Positions 39,840-53,147 of a stretch of DNA of 64,000 bases are shown piece after piece. The notes beneath the pieces were generated by a model, which searched no databases, was not told where the DNA came from, and saw only the letters and a list, made by a program, of their open reading frames with translations. A program made the translations under genes and the position numbers. Within the stretch, counting starts at the first letter, position 1; every line of letters begins with the position of its first letter. The stretch comes from Octopus vulgaris (taxonomy: Eukaryota): positions 59,396,001-59,460,000 of the forward strand of contig OX597819.1 of the NCBI GenBank assembly GCA_951406725.2, in the 5' to 3' direction.

Positions 39840-40060
39840 CCCTTTCGTTACCAACCCGGCTGAAACCGGCTCTGGCTCTGTAGTACAAATGTCTTGTTTT
39901 CATAAATTTTGAATTAAAATCTTCCACCAAACCTTAGTCACAATTTATGTTCCTAACACTAGCTGAATGATAACTAAGTTATTAAATTAAATTCTTTGTT
40001 ATATTTAAAGTAATTGAAAGAAACACAGAGCATCTCAACAGAAATACAGTAACGAAAGGG
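39840..40060. mobile_element. piggyBac-type MITE
   Basis: TTAA TSD; perfect 12-bp TIR ccctttcgttac / gtaacgaaaggg. Confidence 0.85.
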
Positions 40061-40367
40061 TTAACCTCTCAACACTTTGCTTCAAACGACCATCTTATTT
40101 CTTATCCTCCTTCCCAGTCAAGGCAATCTCACTAGTGCTGGGGCCATGCATAAGGCACTCAGTGCACTTCATAAAGAAGTTGGCTTTAAAGAGGGGCATC
40201 CAACCATAGAAACATGTCAGAACTGTGACTTTGGCACAAATTTCAGTCCTGTGAACCATTGGTTCCTTTCGAAATATCCAACCCATGAAAGCATCGAAAA
40301 CAGATGTAAAATGATGCTGATGAGGAGGAAGAAGATTGACAATGTACTGTTTATTTTTTGTTTTCAG

Positions 40368-40564
40368 AATCTGACATGGATGTGGACGACAATGTTCCAG
40401 ATATAAATGATGAAGAAAGTGAAGAAAAATACTTTGAACGTACACAAGAATTCTGGCTTCAGCAAGCCAAAGAGAATGCTGAGGCTGAAAAGGAAACTCT
40501 CAGTGTTAAACAAATAAAGAAACTTGCTTTACGGATGTGCCAAGACTACCTTCATGACGACTGA
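40368..40564 (+). CDS. KLHDC4: KLHDC4 terminal coding exon 13, DUF4110-like C-terminus (KYFERTQEFWLQQAKE...KKLALRMCQDYLHDD*)
   Basis: tttcag acceptor, phase 1, TGA at 40562-40564; spliced CDS totals 1782 nt in frame. Confidence 0.9.
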
Positions 40565-40573
40565 GTTTTCTGT

Positions 40574-40579
40574 AATAAA
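40574..40579 (+). terminator. Candidate polyadenylation signal of KLHDC4
   Basis: AATAAA starting 10 nt after the stop codon, followed by T-rich sequence. Confidence 0.5.
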
Positions 40580-41231
40580 ATATATATTTCTAATAATTTG
40601 GTCTTGCTTTAAATTCATTAATAACTAAATACAAATGAGATGATGAAAAGTTATCAAACGTCTTTCTGGTTTGAAACTGTGTAAATATAGACAATATAAA
40701 ATAGAATGTGAAGATTGCGTTGAACATGAGTAACATACAGATTTATTTCCCTTGAGTTTTTATGTACATTTTGTATTGGCTACGGATGAGAAATGAATTG
40801 CATCAGTTGATTGGTTAAATAGTTAACTGATTTATTGAAATATTTATATTCTACCTCAAACATTTATTTCGTATTCTGAACGAGATTCAAAGCATTCAGC
40901 TCGTTTACTTAGTAACAGAATTTAATCTGGAAACTTTCTAGTTTTGTTATTGTTAGTCCTGACTGAGGCGAGCATGAACAATGATATTCCAGATGTGACC
41001 CATCTGTCTAGTTAGAGATAGCTAGCGTTACATTATCTAAGATGTCTTTTTCGTTTTTAAAGGATATTTTACTGCCAGTAAATCAAGCAACCATGATTCA
41101 CAATGTGAAGACTTTATCTTCTCACAAATGAACACCAATATATAAAAGAAGAAATTACCATTCTCAATGTGACGTCATTGTTTTGTAGACATCAAGATGT
41201 AGTGTATATGTGTGTGTATAAATATATTTAT

Positions 41232-41598
41232 AGGCGCAGGAGTGGCTGTGTGGTAAGTAGCTTGCTTTCCAACCACATGGTTCCGGGTTAATTCCCACTG
41301 CATAGCACCTTGGGCAAGTGTTTTCTACTATAGCCTCAGGCCAACCAAAGCCTTGTGAGTGAATTTGGCAGACGGAAATTGAAAGAAGCCCGTTGTATAT
41401 ATGTCTGTGTTTGTCCCCACCAACATCGCTTGACAACCGTTGCTGGTGTGTTTACATCCCCGTAACTTAGTGGTTCAGCAAAAGAGACCGATAGAATAAG
41501 TACTAGGCTTACAAAGAATAAGTCCTGAGGTCGATTTGCTCGACTAAAGGTGGTGCTCCAGCATGGCCACAGTCAAACTGACTGAAACAAGTAAAAGT
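41232..41598 (+). mobile_element. SINE family A, full length
   Basis: Family match. Confidence 0.85.
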
Positions 41599-41861
41599 GT
41601 ATGAAATGAAATGAAGTAATTTAAAATCATTAATGTTCTTCTGACTTATTGAATTTGAAACGTTAGCCTTTCCAGATTTTTTTGTTAGCAGAGAACTGCT
41701 GTGAGTTACAGTTTCATACCTACTGCAGGGATCTTTTTGTATATCCGGACAGAACCCTCAACCGAATATTTTGGGACTGCTACCTTTAATAAATTAGTGT
41801 CCTATACTGGAAGAGTTTTCTCTTTTGTTTATTTAATGTTAATGAATGTAATCAACTTGAT

Positions 41862-42586
41862 TTCGAGCCGGGTCGTCTGCTGCTGGAGAGGACCGATCAG
41901 GTAAAGGACCTGGGTATCTTGGTGGATTCCTCCTTTTCGCCTTCGGCCCAGTGCGTCCATGCTGCCAACAAAGCGCGAGGAATTCTGTTTTTGATTCGAC
42001 GGTCATTCGGAATGCTCACAGCAGCCATATTCCTGCCACTCTATGTCACGCTGGTGAGACCCATATTGGAGTATGGGATTCAAGCCTCTTCTCCTTATCT
42101 CCTCAAAGACATACAGCACCTCGAAAGAGTCCAGAGGCTGGCTACCCGCATGGTTCATGGTCTCAAAAATTTGTCCTACGAAGAAAGGCTGAGGACGCTC
42201 GACCTTTGTTCTCTTGAAAAACGCCGCCGCCGTGGTGATCTCATTCTCGCCCACAACATCATAAGCGGGAAGTGTAACCTCTCGAAAGAGCTGTTTTTCA
42301 CTCCTGCTCCGGAGCGTCGGCTGCGGGGTCATTCCGAAAAGCTCTACCTGCGACGATTTCATCTCAATCGAAGGAGAGGAGCTTTCTCCATCCGGGTTGC
42401 GGATCCGTGGAACAAGCTGCCAGACGAGATGGTGAAGATGCTGACGACCGCTTTGTTCAAAGCCTCCCTGGACCTCAAGTGGCCTGAACTCTTTACATGA
42501 ACACCACCCTGTACTTAACTCCATGTCCCCCTACATGGCCTTGCTATTTGCTTTTGAGCCAAATTAACTAACTAACTAACTAACTA
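41862..42586 (+). mobile_element. Young 5'-truncated CR1-clade LINE (ORF2 C-terminus intact)
   Basis: VKDLGILVD...LY.TLVRPILEY...LERVQRLATRMV.GL..LSYEERL..LDL.SLE.RR.RGDLI...RLRGH...FS.RV...WN.LP; 3' stem-loop ccatgt/acatgg at 42521-42538; (ACTA)n tail. Confidence 0.92.
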
Positions 42587-43491
42587 AAAGATAGAAAAAG
42601 GTAAAAAAATACTGAATTTATGAGTCTTTTAAAATAAATGCTAGAGAACAAAGATTAGTTCTTGGTGAAATAAAACTATAGTCTATTTAGAATTTCACTA
42701 CTAAAAACTATTCATTTCACTTATGTTGCCTATACCTAAGAAAAATGCACTAGTATTAGAAATAGGCCCATTGTAAGAGTTCATCTTTGGTATAATGAAA
42801 TTTTACATCTGACCTCTTCCACCCCATATTTATATCCAACTCATTTTCCTACCGCTTTATGACCTTACCCATCCCCCTCCATGATTCTTCTGTACCTTCA
42901 CTCTCTTCTAAGTGACTTCTATAGTAGCTCTGAGCTGACCAAAGCCTTATGAGTGAATTTGTTGGACAGAAACTGAAAGAAGCCTGTGGTTGGCATTTGG
43001 AAGGGTATCCAACTGTAAAACAATATCAAAGCAGACCTAGCTAGTGTTGGTGCCATGTAAAAAGGATCCAGTCCACTCTGTAAAGTGGTTGGCATTAGGA
43101 AGGGCATCCAGCTGTAAATACCATGCCAGAACAGACAGTGGAGTTTGGTGCAGTCTTCTGGCTTGTCAGCTTCTGTCAAACCATCCAACTTATGCCAGCA
43201 CGGCAATGATGATGATGATGATGATGGTGTGTGTAACCTTGTCTAGACATTACATGATGGTTGTAAATGACCATCATACAAGTGAGATTGCATGCTTCCA
43301 GTATTCTGTGAAAAACATGTCAAGCAATGGGGAATATGTTACTTTGCTTGGCAACAGGAAGGGCAATCTGGCTGTAGAAAATCTGCCTCAAAAATTTCCA
43401 TCTGACCCATGCAAACATATGGGCATTAAAGGATGATGATGATGTATGTATATATATATATGTGTTTGTGTATATATATATATATATATAA

Positions 43492-43753
43492 GTTTAAGAG
43501 ACAGAACCACCTTCAAGCAACTCAAACAACATTGAACGACATTATCCATAATAGAGATATATAAGATTAACTTTTATCAAAATTACTATTGTTTATCACA
43601 TTAATAAAAGTATATAGACAACACGTCTATATAATTTAATATATGATTAAGAATAGTAATTGTAGATATTAATTTTGATAAAAGTTAATCTTATATATCT
43701 CTATCATAGATAATGTTGTTTGAGTTGCTTGAAGGTGGTTCTGTCTCTTAAAC
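43492..43753. mobile_element. Fold-back insertion in (TA)n
   Basis: 42-bp and 35-bp perfect inverted segments nested around tatatagac-aacac-gtctatata. Confidence 0.65.
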
Positions 43754-44785
43754 CTATATATATATATGTATATAATATAGCGAGACATTCATTTTAGTAC
43801 CACTAAATTGAATTTCTCTCCCCTGTGGACTCGGAAATAACTTCCTTATTATCAATAATTATATTATATATATATTGAAAAATAGGATAAACTCTTTTAT
43901 AAGAATTTATCAAGTAAGCGTGAAAAACCTCACAAGGGAAAAATTTATTAATTATTCCTTTTAAATATATATATATATATATATGATGGGCACTCAGCAG
44001 TAAAAAAAATATCTATGCAAAGAATTTCCTTTGACTGAAGCATATTTGTGTAGAGACTACAATTGTTTCTCCTCTGAGTTGTATAACCTGTTTTTGTCTT
44101 GCAAGTTACTTGCTGGCCCCACCCCTGTTGGTGCCATGTAAAAAGCATCCAGCACACCCTGTAAAGTGGCTGGTATTAGGAAGGGCATCCAGCCACAGAA
44201 ATCATGCCTAAGCAGACATTTGAGCTTGATAGTCCTCTAGTTTGCCAGTTCCTTGCCAAACCATCCAAAACATGCTGGCATGTAGGTCAGATGTTAAATG
44301 ATGATGATGATGATGATGATAAACCAGTACACACTATACCACATCAAGCATTGACCTCCTTGCTACCATGGTTGAGACTTTTGGAGATCCATCACTCCCA
44401 AAATATTTTGACAGCATACTTTTTCGCTTGAGTGACTCTGTTCTGATGACAACTGCTAGATAGTCAGTGAACCAAAGGTTGTTTCAAACTTTCTTTTGAC
44501 ATGTCATGACTTTGTTTTGATGGGTTTCTAGCAACCTTCCTCACCAGATAAGCCTAGCAGGGAGTGCCTGTTTAGTTACCAATAACCCAGGCATATAATA
44601 GGTTGTACTGGTTTACATTTTACTGTAAGCACTCAAGAATAATTTGGCACACACATTAGCAGAAGACACAAAAGAGTGACAAGTTTTAAGACACTTATAC
44701 ACTCAAACAAATGTGCACATGCACACACACACATAGATAGACATGTAGATAAGTAAATACATGAATAGATAGATAGATAGATATG

Positions 44786-45020
44786 AAGGCGGAGAGCTGG
44801 CAGAAACGTTAGCATGCCGGGCGAAATGCTTAGCAGTATTTCATCTGCCATTAGGTTCTGAGTTCAAATTCCGCCAAGGTCGACTTTGCCTTTCATCCTT
44901 TCAGGGTCGATTAAATAAGTATCAGTTACGCACTGGGGTCGATATAACTGACTTAATCCATTTGTCTGTCCTTGTTTGTCCCCTCTGTGTGTAACCCCTT
45001 GTGAACAGTAAAGAAATAAG
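44786..45020 (+). mobile_element. SINE family B, full length, flanked by gatagatagatagatatg direct repeats
   Basis: Head, core and tail intact; probable TSD. Confidence 0.85.
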
Positions 45021-45037
45021 ATAGATAGATAGATATG

Positions 45038-46100
45038 TTTCTTTATTAGCCACACAGGGCTGCACACAGACGGGACAGATTACAAAGTAGAGCTTTTCTA
45101 TTTTTGGGGAGAGAAAAATAAAAATAAAAAGTGGGGTAGGTTTTCGATCAAAAGGGATCATAAAAGGGAAAGAAAAAAGGAAAAAAGGAAAAAAAAAACG
45201 ATCAATAGGGATCGTGTATCACAGAAATGTCATGATGTAAAGTGTAAAGGGGAAAGCAGATAAGGTTTATCTGTGGAAAGAAAAGCCTACAGAAAATACC
45301 ACAGTAACTACGGTCAATAATGTTACATGTTACCACATTTGTTTGCAAGTAGGTAACCCTCTGTTTTAAATTTTCCGGGTTCATAGGATTATGCTCAAGG
45401 TGGCTTCCTCATTCATACGTGCCATGCATGCGATAAACACCCATCTTTTTTTGAAGCATTCACTAGACAAAACTTGCCTCTCTACACTCACTTTCCTTTT
45501 CAAGTGATACTCGAAAAAGTTGATGAGAGATTGACCAGAGAGGAAAGTGTTTATCTCCAATCCTTTCAGATGCGTCCACCAGATACATTCTTTCACCATA
45601 GCCACAAGGATGATGAAAATAGCTCTTCCTTCCTGTTTGAAGGAAGGAGGCATGACAATATTGACGATAGACTCGGCTGATAAACCAACTCGTACCACAC
45701 GTGACAGCAGTCGTTTGACATAAGCCCACAGGTCGAAATTGTTGGACACTGCACAAGTGCGTGCAGAACGGTTTCGTCGCTCTGACAGCATCTCGGGTAG
45801 GTCGGCCCTGTGTTTCCCGAGCCATGTCTGTAGAGCTTATCCCAAATGGGTAGCGCTTCTCAGTAGCACTGCCAGGCCAGGGATCTCTGGAAGTTGTCCA
45901 TGGGCCCTGGCCCGAAAGTTGTCCTGAACAGGCGGGTCAGGTATTCCTCGTCGACGTCCAGGTTTGCTCCGAGCTCGTCGGCATACGTCCCCTCCACTAA
46001 TCCCCTATAGGATGCTTTGGTTGTGTTGAAGTCACTCAAGGTCGACCCGGGATGGCATAGTTGCTTGAGAGCAACACGAAACTCGCTTGTCATCCAACTG
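45038..46100 (-). mobile_element. 5'-truncated Tx1/L1-clade LINE
   Basis: zf-RVT-like W...LP..DKL and zinc knuckle YPRCCQSDETVLHALVQCP; T-rich 3'UTR ending aataaagaaa. Confidence 0.8.
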
Positions 46101-46524
46101 TATTGTTGTTGTTGTTGTTATAAGTTTGACTTTTGCTTAGTATCACCCAGAGACCTCAAGAGACAACAAGTTAGAAGTTCAAGTTGGTATTATGCCTAGG
46201 GTGCCATATATTTGGTTTTGCACATAGTATTGTTCTAGAGAATATTTAAGAAAACACAAGAAGAGGTTGACTTTGCCTTTCATCCTTCTGGGGTGAAAAA
46301 TAAAGTACCAGTCAAGGACTGAGGTTGATATAATCAACTAACCCCTTCCCCAAAAATTTCAGGCATTGTGCCTATAGTAGAAAGGGTTATTATTATTATT
46401 ATTGTTAACCAGGCAAAGCTTTACATATATACAATTGTTTTAACATCTTTTTGTGTTTCAGTACAATAGTGTTCATGGATCTTGCATCTAAGACCACTGA
46501 TAGAAATCAAGTCTATCAGCCTTG

Positions 46525-46565
<41 letters not shown>

Positions 46566-46609
46566 ACCTGCTAGAGTTCACTGCACTTAGCACCTGCTAA
46601 TCCTGCAGC

Positions 46610-46717
46610 TTCTTTTCCAGGTGTATGGATGACGTCATGCAGATTTCTTTTGAGGAGATCATCAATGCATTTCACAAGCTTAACAATATTGACAGTTACA
46701 TGGATTTCAAAACTGAA
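46610..46717 (+). pseudogene. Possible Penelope-type reverse transcriptase fragment
   Basis: FFSRCMDDVMQISFEEIINAFHKLNNIDSYMDFKTE resembles the PLE RT RYxDD...LN.....I.FT.E segment. Confidence 0.35.
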
Positions 46718-47844
46718 TAATGCAACAACACTATCTCTCTCTCGCTCTCTCGCTCTCTCTATCTCCTCCCTTTCTCTCTCTCACTTTCTGCTCAAGTTAT
46801 CACTCAATTGCATAAATAAATATGAAATTAGTGTTGATAACTCATTACAGATTCTTAAAAAATATTTCTTTTTATCGTTTTCTTATACTTCTGAAATTAT
46901 GAAGTTACATTATGTAAGGTTGGTTATTGGAAAGAGACTTGAGGGAGAGAGGTGGAATAGTCTAAAATACTGTATAATTTTTGAAGTCAGCCTAAATCAT
47001 TGTCCATTATCCAAACAGACAATGGATTATCTCATTAAGATTAACGAACAGAAAACACTATGGGGGATATCTGATCTCTAAGAGCAGTATGACAACAAAT
47101 ATTAATAATAATAATAATTCCTTATTTAGAAGGCACATGGCATAGAGTTTAGCGTGTTGCACTCACAATCACAAATTTGAGGGTTTGACTCCTGGACCAG
47201 GTCTTGTGTTTTCTTGAGCAAGACATTTCATTTCAGGTTGCTCTAGTGCTGTATGGGGACTAACATGTCGAAGAATAGAACTGATGTTTCCTCTATTACA
47301 ATGAAAGGCAACTAAAAGAAGTAGAGATAGGATTTATACTCCAACCTTATAAAACCCTCACTAGCAACAACTACCCAAAACAGACCCATGGGTTGGAGGG
47401 TTGTTGCCTGAGGGGTGCAAAGGTGTCATCCACCAGGAGGAAGGAATCAGCAACAAATGGAGGATGCAGTGACATACTGTTACAGTGCATGTCTTCATAG
47501 TGCTACCACTACTACAACTACCACTACTACAACTATTACTACTACAACTATTACTACTACCACTACTACCTATTTAGAGACAACAACACTTAAAGAGATG
47601 GCACATAGTAATACCAATGGTAGTTAGCAAGCCTGGAGTGATGAAAAGGCAAGTTCAATTCAAGTGAGATTTAGTCTTTGGGATCAAGGGGAGAAAACTA
47701 ACAGCCGTAAGGTCATGTCATAATTTCCTTCCCCCTACACACACCCCAACCACATTACAGAGTTTACTGGTTACATTTTATGATGGCACCAGCACTAGAG
47801 AGGTTGTCTTTTCCTCAAAAAGACCATCAGCTCAATTCTCTGTT

Positions 47845-48088
47845 GTTTCTTATTTCTTCATTACCTACAAGGGGCTAAACATAGAGGGGACAAACAAGGA
47901 CAGACAAAGGGATTAAGTCAATAACATCGACCCCAGTGCGTAACTGGTACTTAATTTATGGACCCCAAAAAGATGTTCTGAGTTCAAATTCCGACCTCGG
48001 CGGAATTTGAACTCAGAATGTAAAAACATAAGAAATACTGCTAAGCATTTCGCCCGGCATGCTAACATTTCTGCCAGCTCAACGCCTT
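47845..48088 (-). mobile_element. SINE family B
   Basis: Family match, with an internal short inversion gttctgagttcaaattccg/cggaatttgaactcagaat. Confidence 0.8.
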
Positions 48089-48894
48089 AATCCTCTCTGT
48101 TGTTTCTGTGTGTTTACGAACCACTCCATAAAGTGTATTGGATGGATTTTATTGTGGTACCACCACTTGAAAGGTCACCCTACAAGACAAAAGACTTTTT
48201 GCTTTTCTATGTTGCCTCTGTTCATTTGAGATAATGGGACCAATAGAATGAAAGAGGGTACAGAGTGATTACAGAAATGAAGTAGGATGAGAGAAAGATA
48301 GAAAACAGAGTATGATGAGGAAACAGAGTGATTAATGGGGAGCTGTGTAGAACAGAGAAATGAAAGAGACACTGTTCAGTGGAGTAATGGAAGATAGACA
48401 ATGATGGCAGAGTGTAATGAGGAAGAAAGAGAAATGGCAAAGGATAATGAGAGAGCAACATTGATGGTAGATAGCTTTTTGTAAGGAAGAAAGTAAGTGA
48501 TTGAGAGTCATGGAATGGTCAATGGGAAGAGAGTGTGACAGATGTCAATAATGGGTGATGGGTGGAAAAGAGGAATTGGTGGCTAGTAGTACAGAAAGGT
48601 AAAGTTAGTGGCAAGAAACAAGGATGCATATTTATAGAAATAGGTGATGGTAAGTGAGTGAGTGATGGATGTCAATAAGGAGTGACTCCTGGGAAAAGGG
48701 GTGATAGCTAGAGGTATATCTAATACTAACAGATCTTATATAATCCTTCAATATTCAGGCATTGCGATGGGAGGGAGAGGGAGATATGGATGGTGGTGGG
48801 ATTGAGCATGGATAGATATAATGTTATTTTATGGGCAGCATGGTATGTGTGTGTGTGTAATATATATATATATATATATATTTTTTTTTTACGA

Positions 48895-49162
48895 CCAGTC
48901 CATCAGATGTAGGTTACACATCGCTGGTCACAATGCTTTTGCATGTTTTAGCCTTCGAATGACGCCACCTCGCTGGCTAAGCGAGCAGGCCAACAGAAGA
49001 AAGAGTGGGAGAAAGAGCGGTGAAAGAGTACAGCAGGGACCACCACCCCCTGCCAGAGCCTCGTGGAGCTTTTAGGTGTTTTCGCTCAATAAACACTCAC
49101 AACCCCCCTGTCTGGGAATCGAAACCGCGAGTCCACTGCCCTATCCCAGGGGCATTGCGCCT
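48895..49162 (-). mobile_element. tRNA-headed SINE, further family
   Basis: Minus strand ggcgcaatgcc...ggtttcgattccc B-box; flanked by microsatellite. Confidence 0.55.
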
Positions 49163-49189
49163 CCACATATATATATATATATATATATA

Positions 49190-49698
<509 letters not shown>

Positions 49699-50240
49699 TT
49701 CCTACAACATTTTCTTTATGGGCTATACAGGCAGAAGTAAATCTGCCTTCAACTCAGTTGCATATTTTGCTTATTTTTTATGTTTCACTACACAAAGTTA
49801 ACCAGCTGCCTACCCTGAGTAATTACTGATGCCTGATACAGACAGACATACATACATACACACACACATACATACACACATACAAACATACATACATACA
49901 CACACACATACATACATACATACATACATACATACATACATACATACATACATACATACACACACATAACCTTATTTGTGACTTAACACTACAAAATATT
50001 TTCTGAGCAATCAACAAATTAATAACCAAAACCGTACACCAAGTACACTTCTTGACACACTTTATTATAAAAAATATGATTTATAATAGCAATTTCTAAT
50101 TACTTTAAGTACCTCCATATTGTACTGTTATGTATTTTTGGCAATCCTTATTGCACACCAATCTCCTTGAAGGATGAAGGGCTAACTCACTCAGTTTCAA
50201 CAGGATTTGAATGTAGAGCAATAAAAAAGTAACTAAACAA

Positions 50241-50915
50241 AGTGGCTGTATGGAACAAAGCTTGCTTCCTAACCACATGGTTTTGGGTTCAGTCCCACTG
50301 TGTCGCACCTTGTGCAAGTCACTTCTACTATAGCCTCAGGCTGACCAAAACCTTGCGAGTGAATTTGGTAGACAGAAACTGAAAGAAGCCGAAACTGAAC
50401 TGAAGGCGGTGAGCTGGCAGAAACATTAGCACGCCAGGCAAAATGCTTAGCAGTATTTCATCTGCCATTACGTTCTGAGTTCAAATTCTGCTATGGTCGA
50501 CTTTGTCTTTCATCCTTTCAGGGGTTGATAAATTAAGTACCAGTTACGCACTGGGGTTGACATAGTTGACTTAATCCGTTTGTCTGTCCTTGTTTGTCCC
50601 CTCTATGTGTAGCCCCTCCTGGGCAGTAAAGAAATAAGAAACTGAAAGAAGTCCATCGTATGTATATGTCTATCTATGTGTGTATGTCTTTGTGTCTGTG
50701 GCTGTCTCCCACCACCACTTGACAACCAGTGTTGGGTGTTTACATCTCTGTAACTCAGCAGTTCAGCAAGTGATATCAATAAAATGAGTTCTGTGCTTTA
50801 AAAACAGAAGTATTGGGGTCGATTCATTCAACTAAAATTCTCTAAGGTGGTGCCCCAGCATGGCCATGGTCTAATGACTGACACAAACCAAAAATGTAAA
50901 AGATAAAAAGATAAA
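50241..50915 (+). mobile_element. SINE A interrupted by a full SINE B (50403-50640)
   Basis: gaaactgaa duplicated on both sides of the nested copy. Confidence 0.8.
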
Positions 50916-51082
50916 TGCTAAGTATATGTTGTAAAGCTTCCATTCAACTCCAGACACTCACACAGCCACATTCGGACATATACACTCCCATACTCAAGCA
51001 CATATACTCACATATAGCCATACTTATATACATACACATAGTTACATTCACTGATGTATTCATACTCTCCCTCTCTCTCTTT

Positions 51083-51114
<32 letters not shown>

Positions 51115-51531
51115 CATGTTGCACTCATACAAGCCCATTCATTTATACACATATACTCAAACATACACTTCCACACACCCACACATACACACACACTCAC
51201 ACGTACTTATAATATGTACAGACATGCTTACATAAAGACATTATAATATTTCATTGAGATTAAGCTTAGCAGCTGAGCACTTAAATTAACAACCACATTA
51301 AATTTCCTATTTATTATCTTGTTGATAATAATAGATTAGTACACACTAGAAATAGAGAAATACAATGCTTCCCATATCCCAGCATGCACCAGTATACAGT
51401 TACAAAGTTTGTTTTAGAAGCACATGGCACCTCGAGCAAAGCAGCTTCTACCGTAGATTCAGATTGACATCCATACTTCGTGTTGTGTGAAAAATTTGGT
51501 AAACAGAAGCTGTGCAAATGCCACACTCCAT

Positions 51532-51810
51532 ATCATCATCATCATCATCATCATCATCATAATTTAAGGTCCGTTTTCTATGCTGGTATGGGTTGGGCGG
51601 TTTGACTGAGGTCTGGGAAGCCAGCGGCTGTACCAGGCTCCAATCTGATCTGGCATTGTTTCTACAGCTGGATGCCCTTCCTAACGCCAACCACTCCGAG
51701 AGTGTAGTGGGTGCTTTTTACGTGCCACCAGCACAGGAGCCAGTCAGGTGGGCCTGGCATCAATCAAGTTCAGGTAGTGCTTTTTACGTGCCACTGACAC
51801 AGGGGCCAGT
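51532..51810 (-). mobile_element. RTE 3'-UTR fragment
   Basis: Family match. Confidence 0.8.
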
Positions 51811-52139
51811 CCTTATACATAATCCATATTTAACAACAATTGAACTTGTGCCAGCATATAAGTCATCTAAAATTCCATAAATTGGCAAAAAGATGCACTT
51901 GTATATCTGTCAATAGAGTGGGTATATTATCCGAAGTGTACAGAATTATATATCAATCAAGGCTGATCTTACAAATTGTTTTCGCGCTAGGAGTACAACA
52001 GAGGAGTACACGCTAGGAGTAACAATCCGATTATATAACCTTACGCTCAACAGAGGTAGCCAGCAGTTATAACTAGATTATAGTAATTTTAGTATTTCAT
52101 TACCACACATCTAATAAACTGACTTACCCACTCTTGTAA

Positions 52140-52706
52140 TTCCAGATTGAAGGAGATCGCTATAACAGCACTTTGAACACACACTACTAAACACTGCTTG
52201 TCACAGCTGACTAGTTTGCTGAATGCAAACTAATCACTGTCATTCTATAAAGACTATAAGCATACAGTTTGGAGTTTCAGTGACAACTGTACACAGAATT
52301 ATTCACGAATATCTGAAAATATTTAAAATTTGTGCCAAGTTTGTTTCCATGGTGTTCAGAGATGAGCATCCTGGTAACCAACTACTTGACAAGAGTTGAC
52401 CATCAAACCTGTCCCTCATCCTTCCTACAGTTCGGATTCTGCTGCCTGTGACTTTTGATTGTTTCCCAAGTGGAAAGAGAATCTCAGGGGCAGTGATTTT
52501 GAAGATGAAAGAGGCTGTGACAATGGTTCTGAACACCTTCACTTTAGAGGGCTTCCATGAGGCCTTCACAAAGTGGCTGTTGTACTACAACAAATGTATT
52601 GAAATCAGAGGGTCCTACTTTGAAGGAGATTAAAGTTTTGTACTTCTTTGAAATTTATAAACGTCTCTCCTGAAAAAGCCTGAAAACTTCTGGAATGCAG
52701 CTTGTA
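52140..52706 (+). mobile_element. Internally deleted mariner transposase remnant
   Basis: VTTVHRIIHE.L...KICAKFV and KWL..YNKCIE.RGSYFEGD*; ends ...cttg-TA. Confidence 0.75.
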
Positions 52707-53147
52707 TATATATATTATATGATATTATATATATTTAGGTTATTTAGTTTACTTGATAAACCCATCCACAGGTATCAACTATCAGGTACTATCATCCAAT
52801 GAGATAGACCTCTTCACTGATGATATGTCTGAAAAATCTGTATACATCCATAGAGTTTATATAAACATTAACAATGAGAATAGAGTGAGCAACTTGCTTT
52901 ATTGCATAATTCTATAATTATTTCATTAACACTAACAGAAGTTTATTAATGCAATATTACTATATATTATAATATAATATAATATAATGTAACATAATAT
53001 AGTATGATACAATATAATATAGACAGAGAAAGAGATAGATAGATAGATAGATAGATAGATTTCTTTATTGCCCACAAGGGGCTAAACATAGAGAGGACAA
53101 ACAAGGACAGACAAAGGGATTAAGTCGATTACATCGACCCCAGTGCG

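Noticed and set aside
41919-42500. 193-aa ORF as a host gene
   Set aside because: It is the C-terminus of a CR1 ORF2 with a LINE tail and no start context
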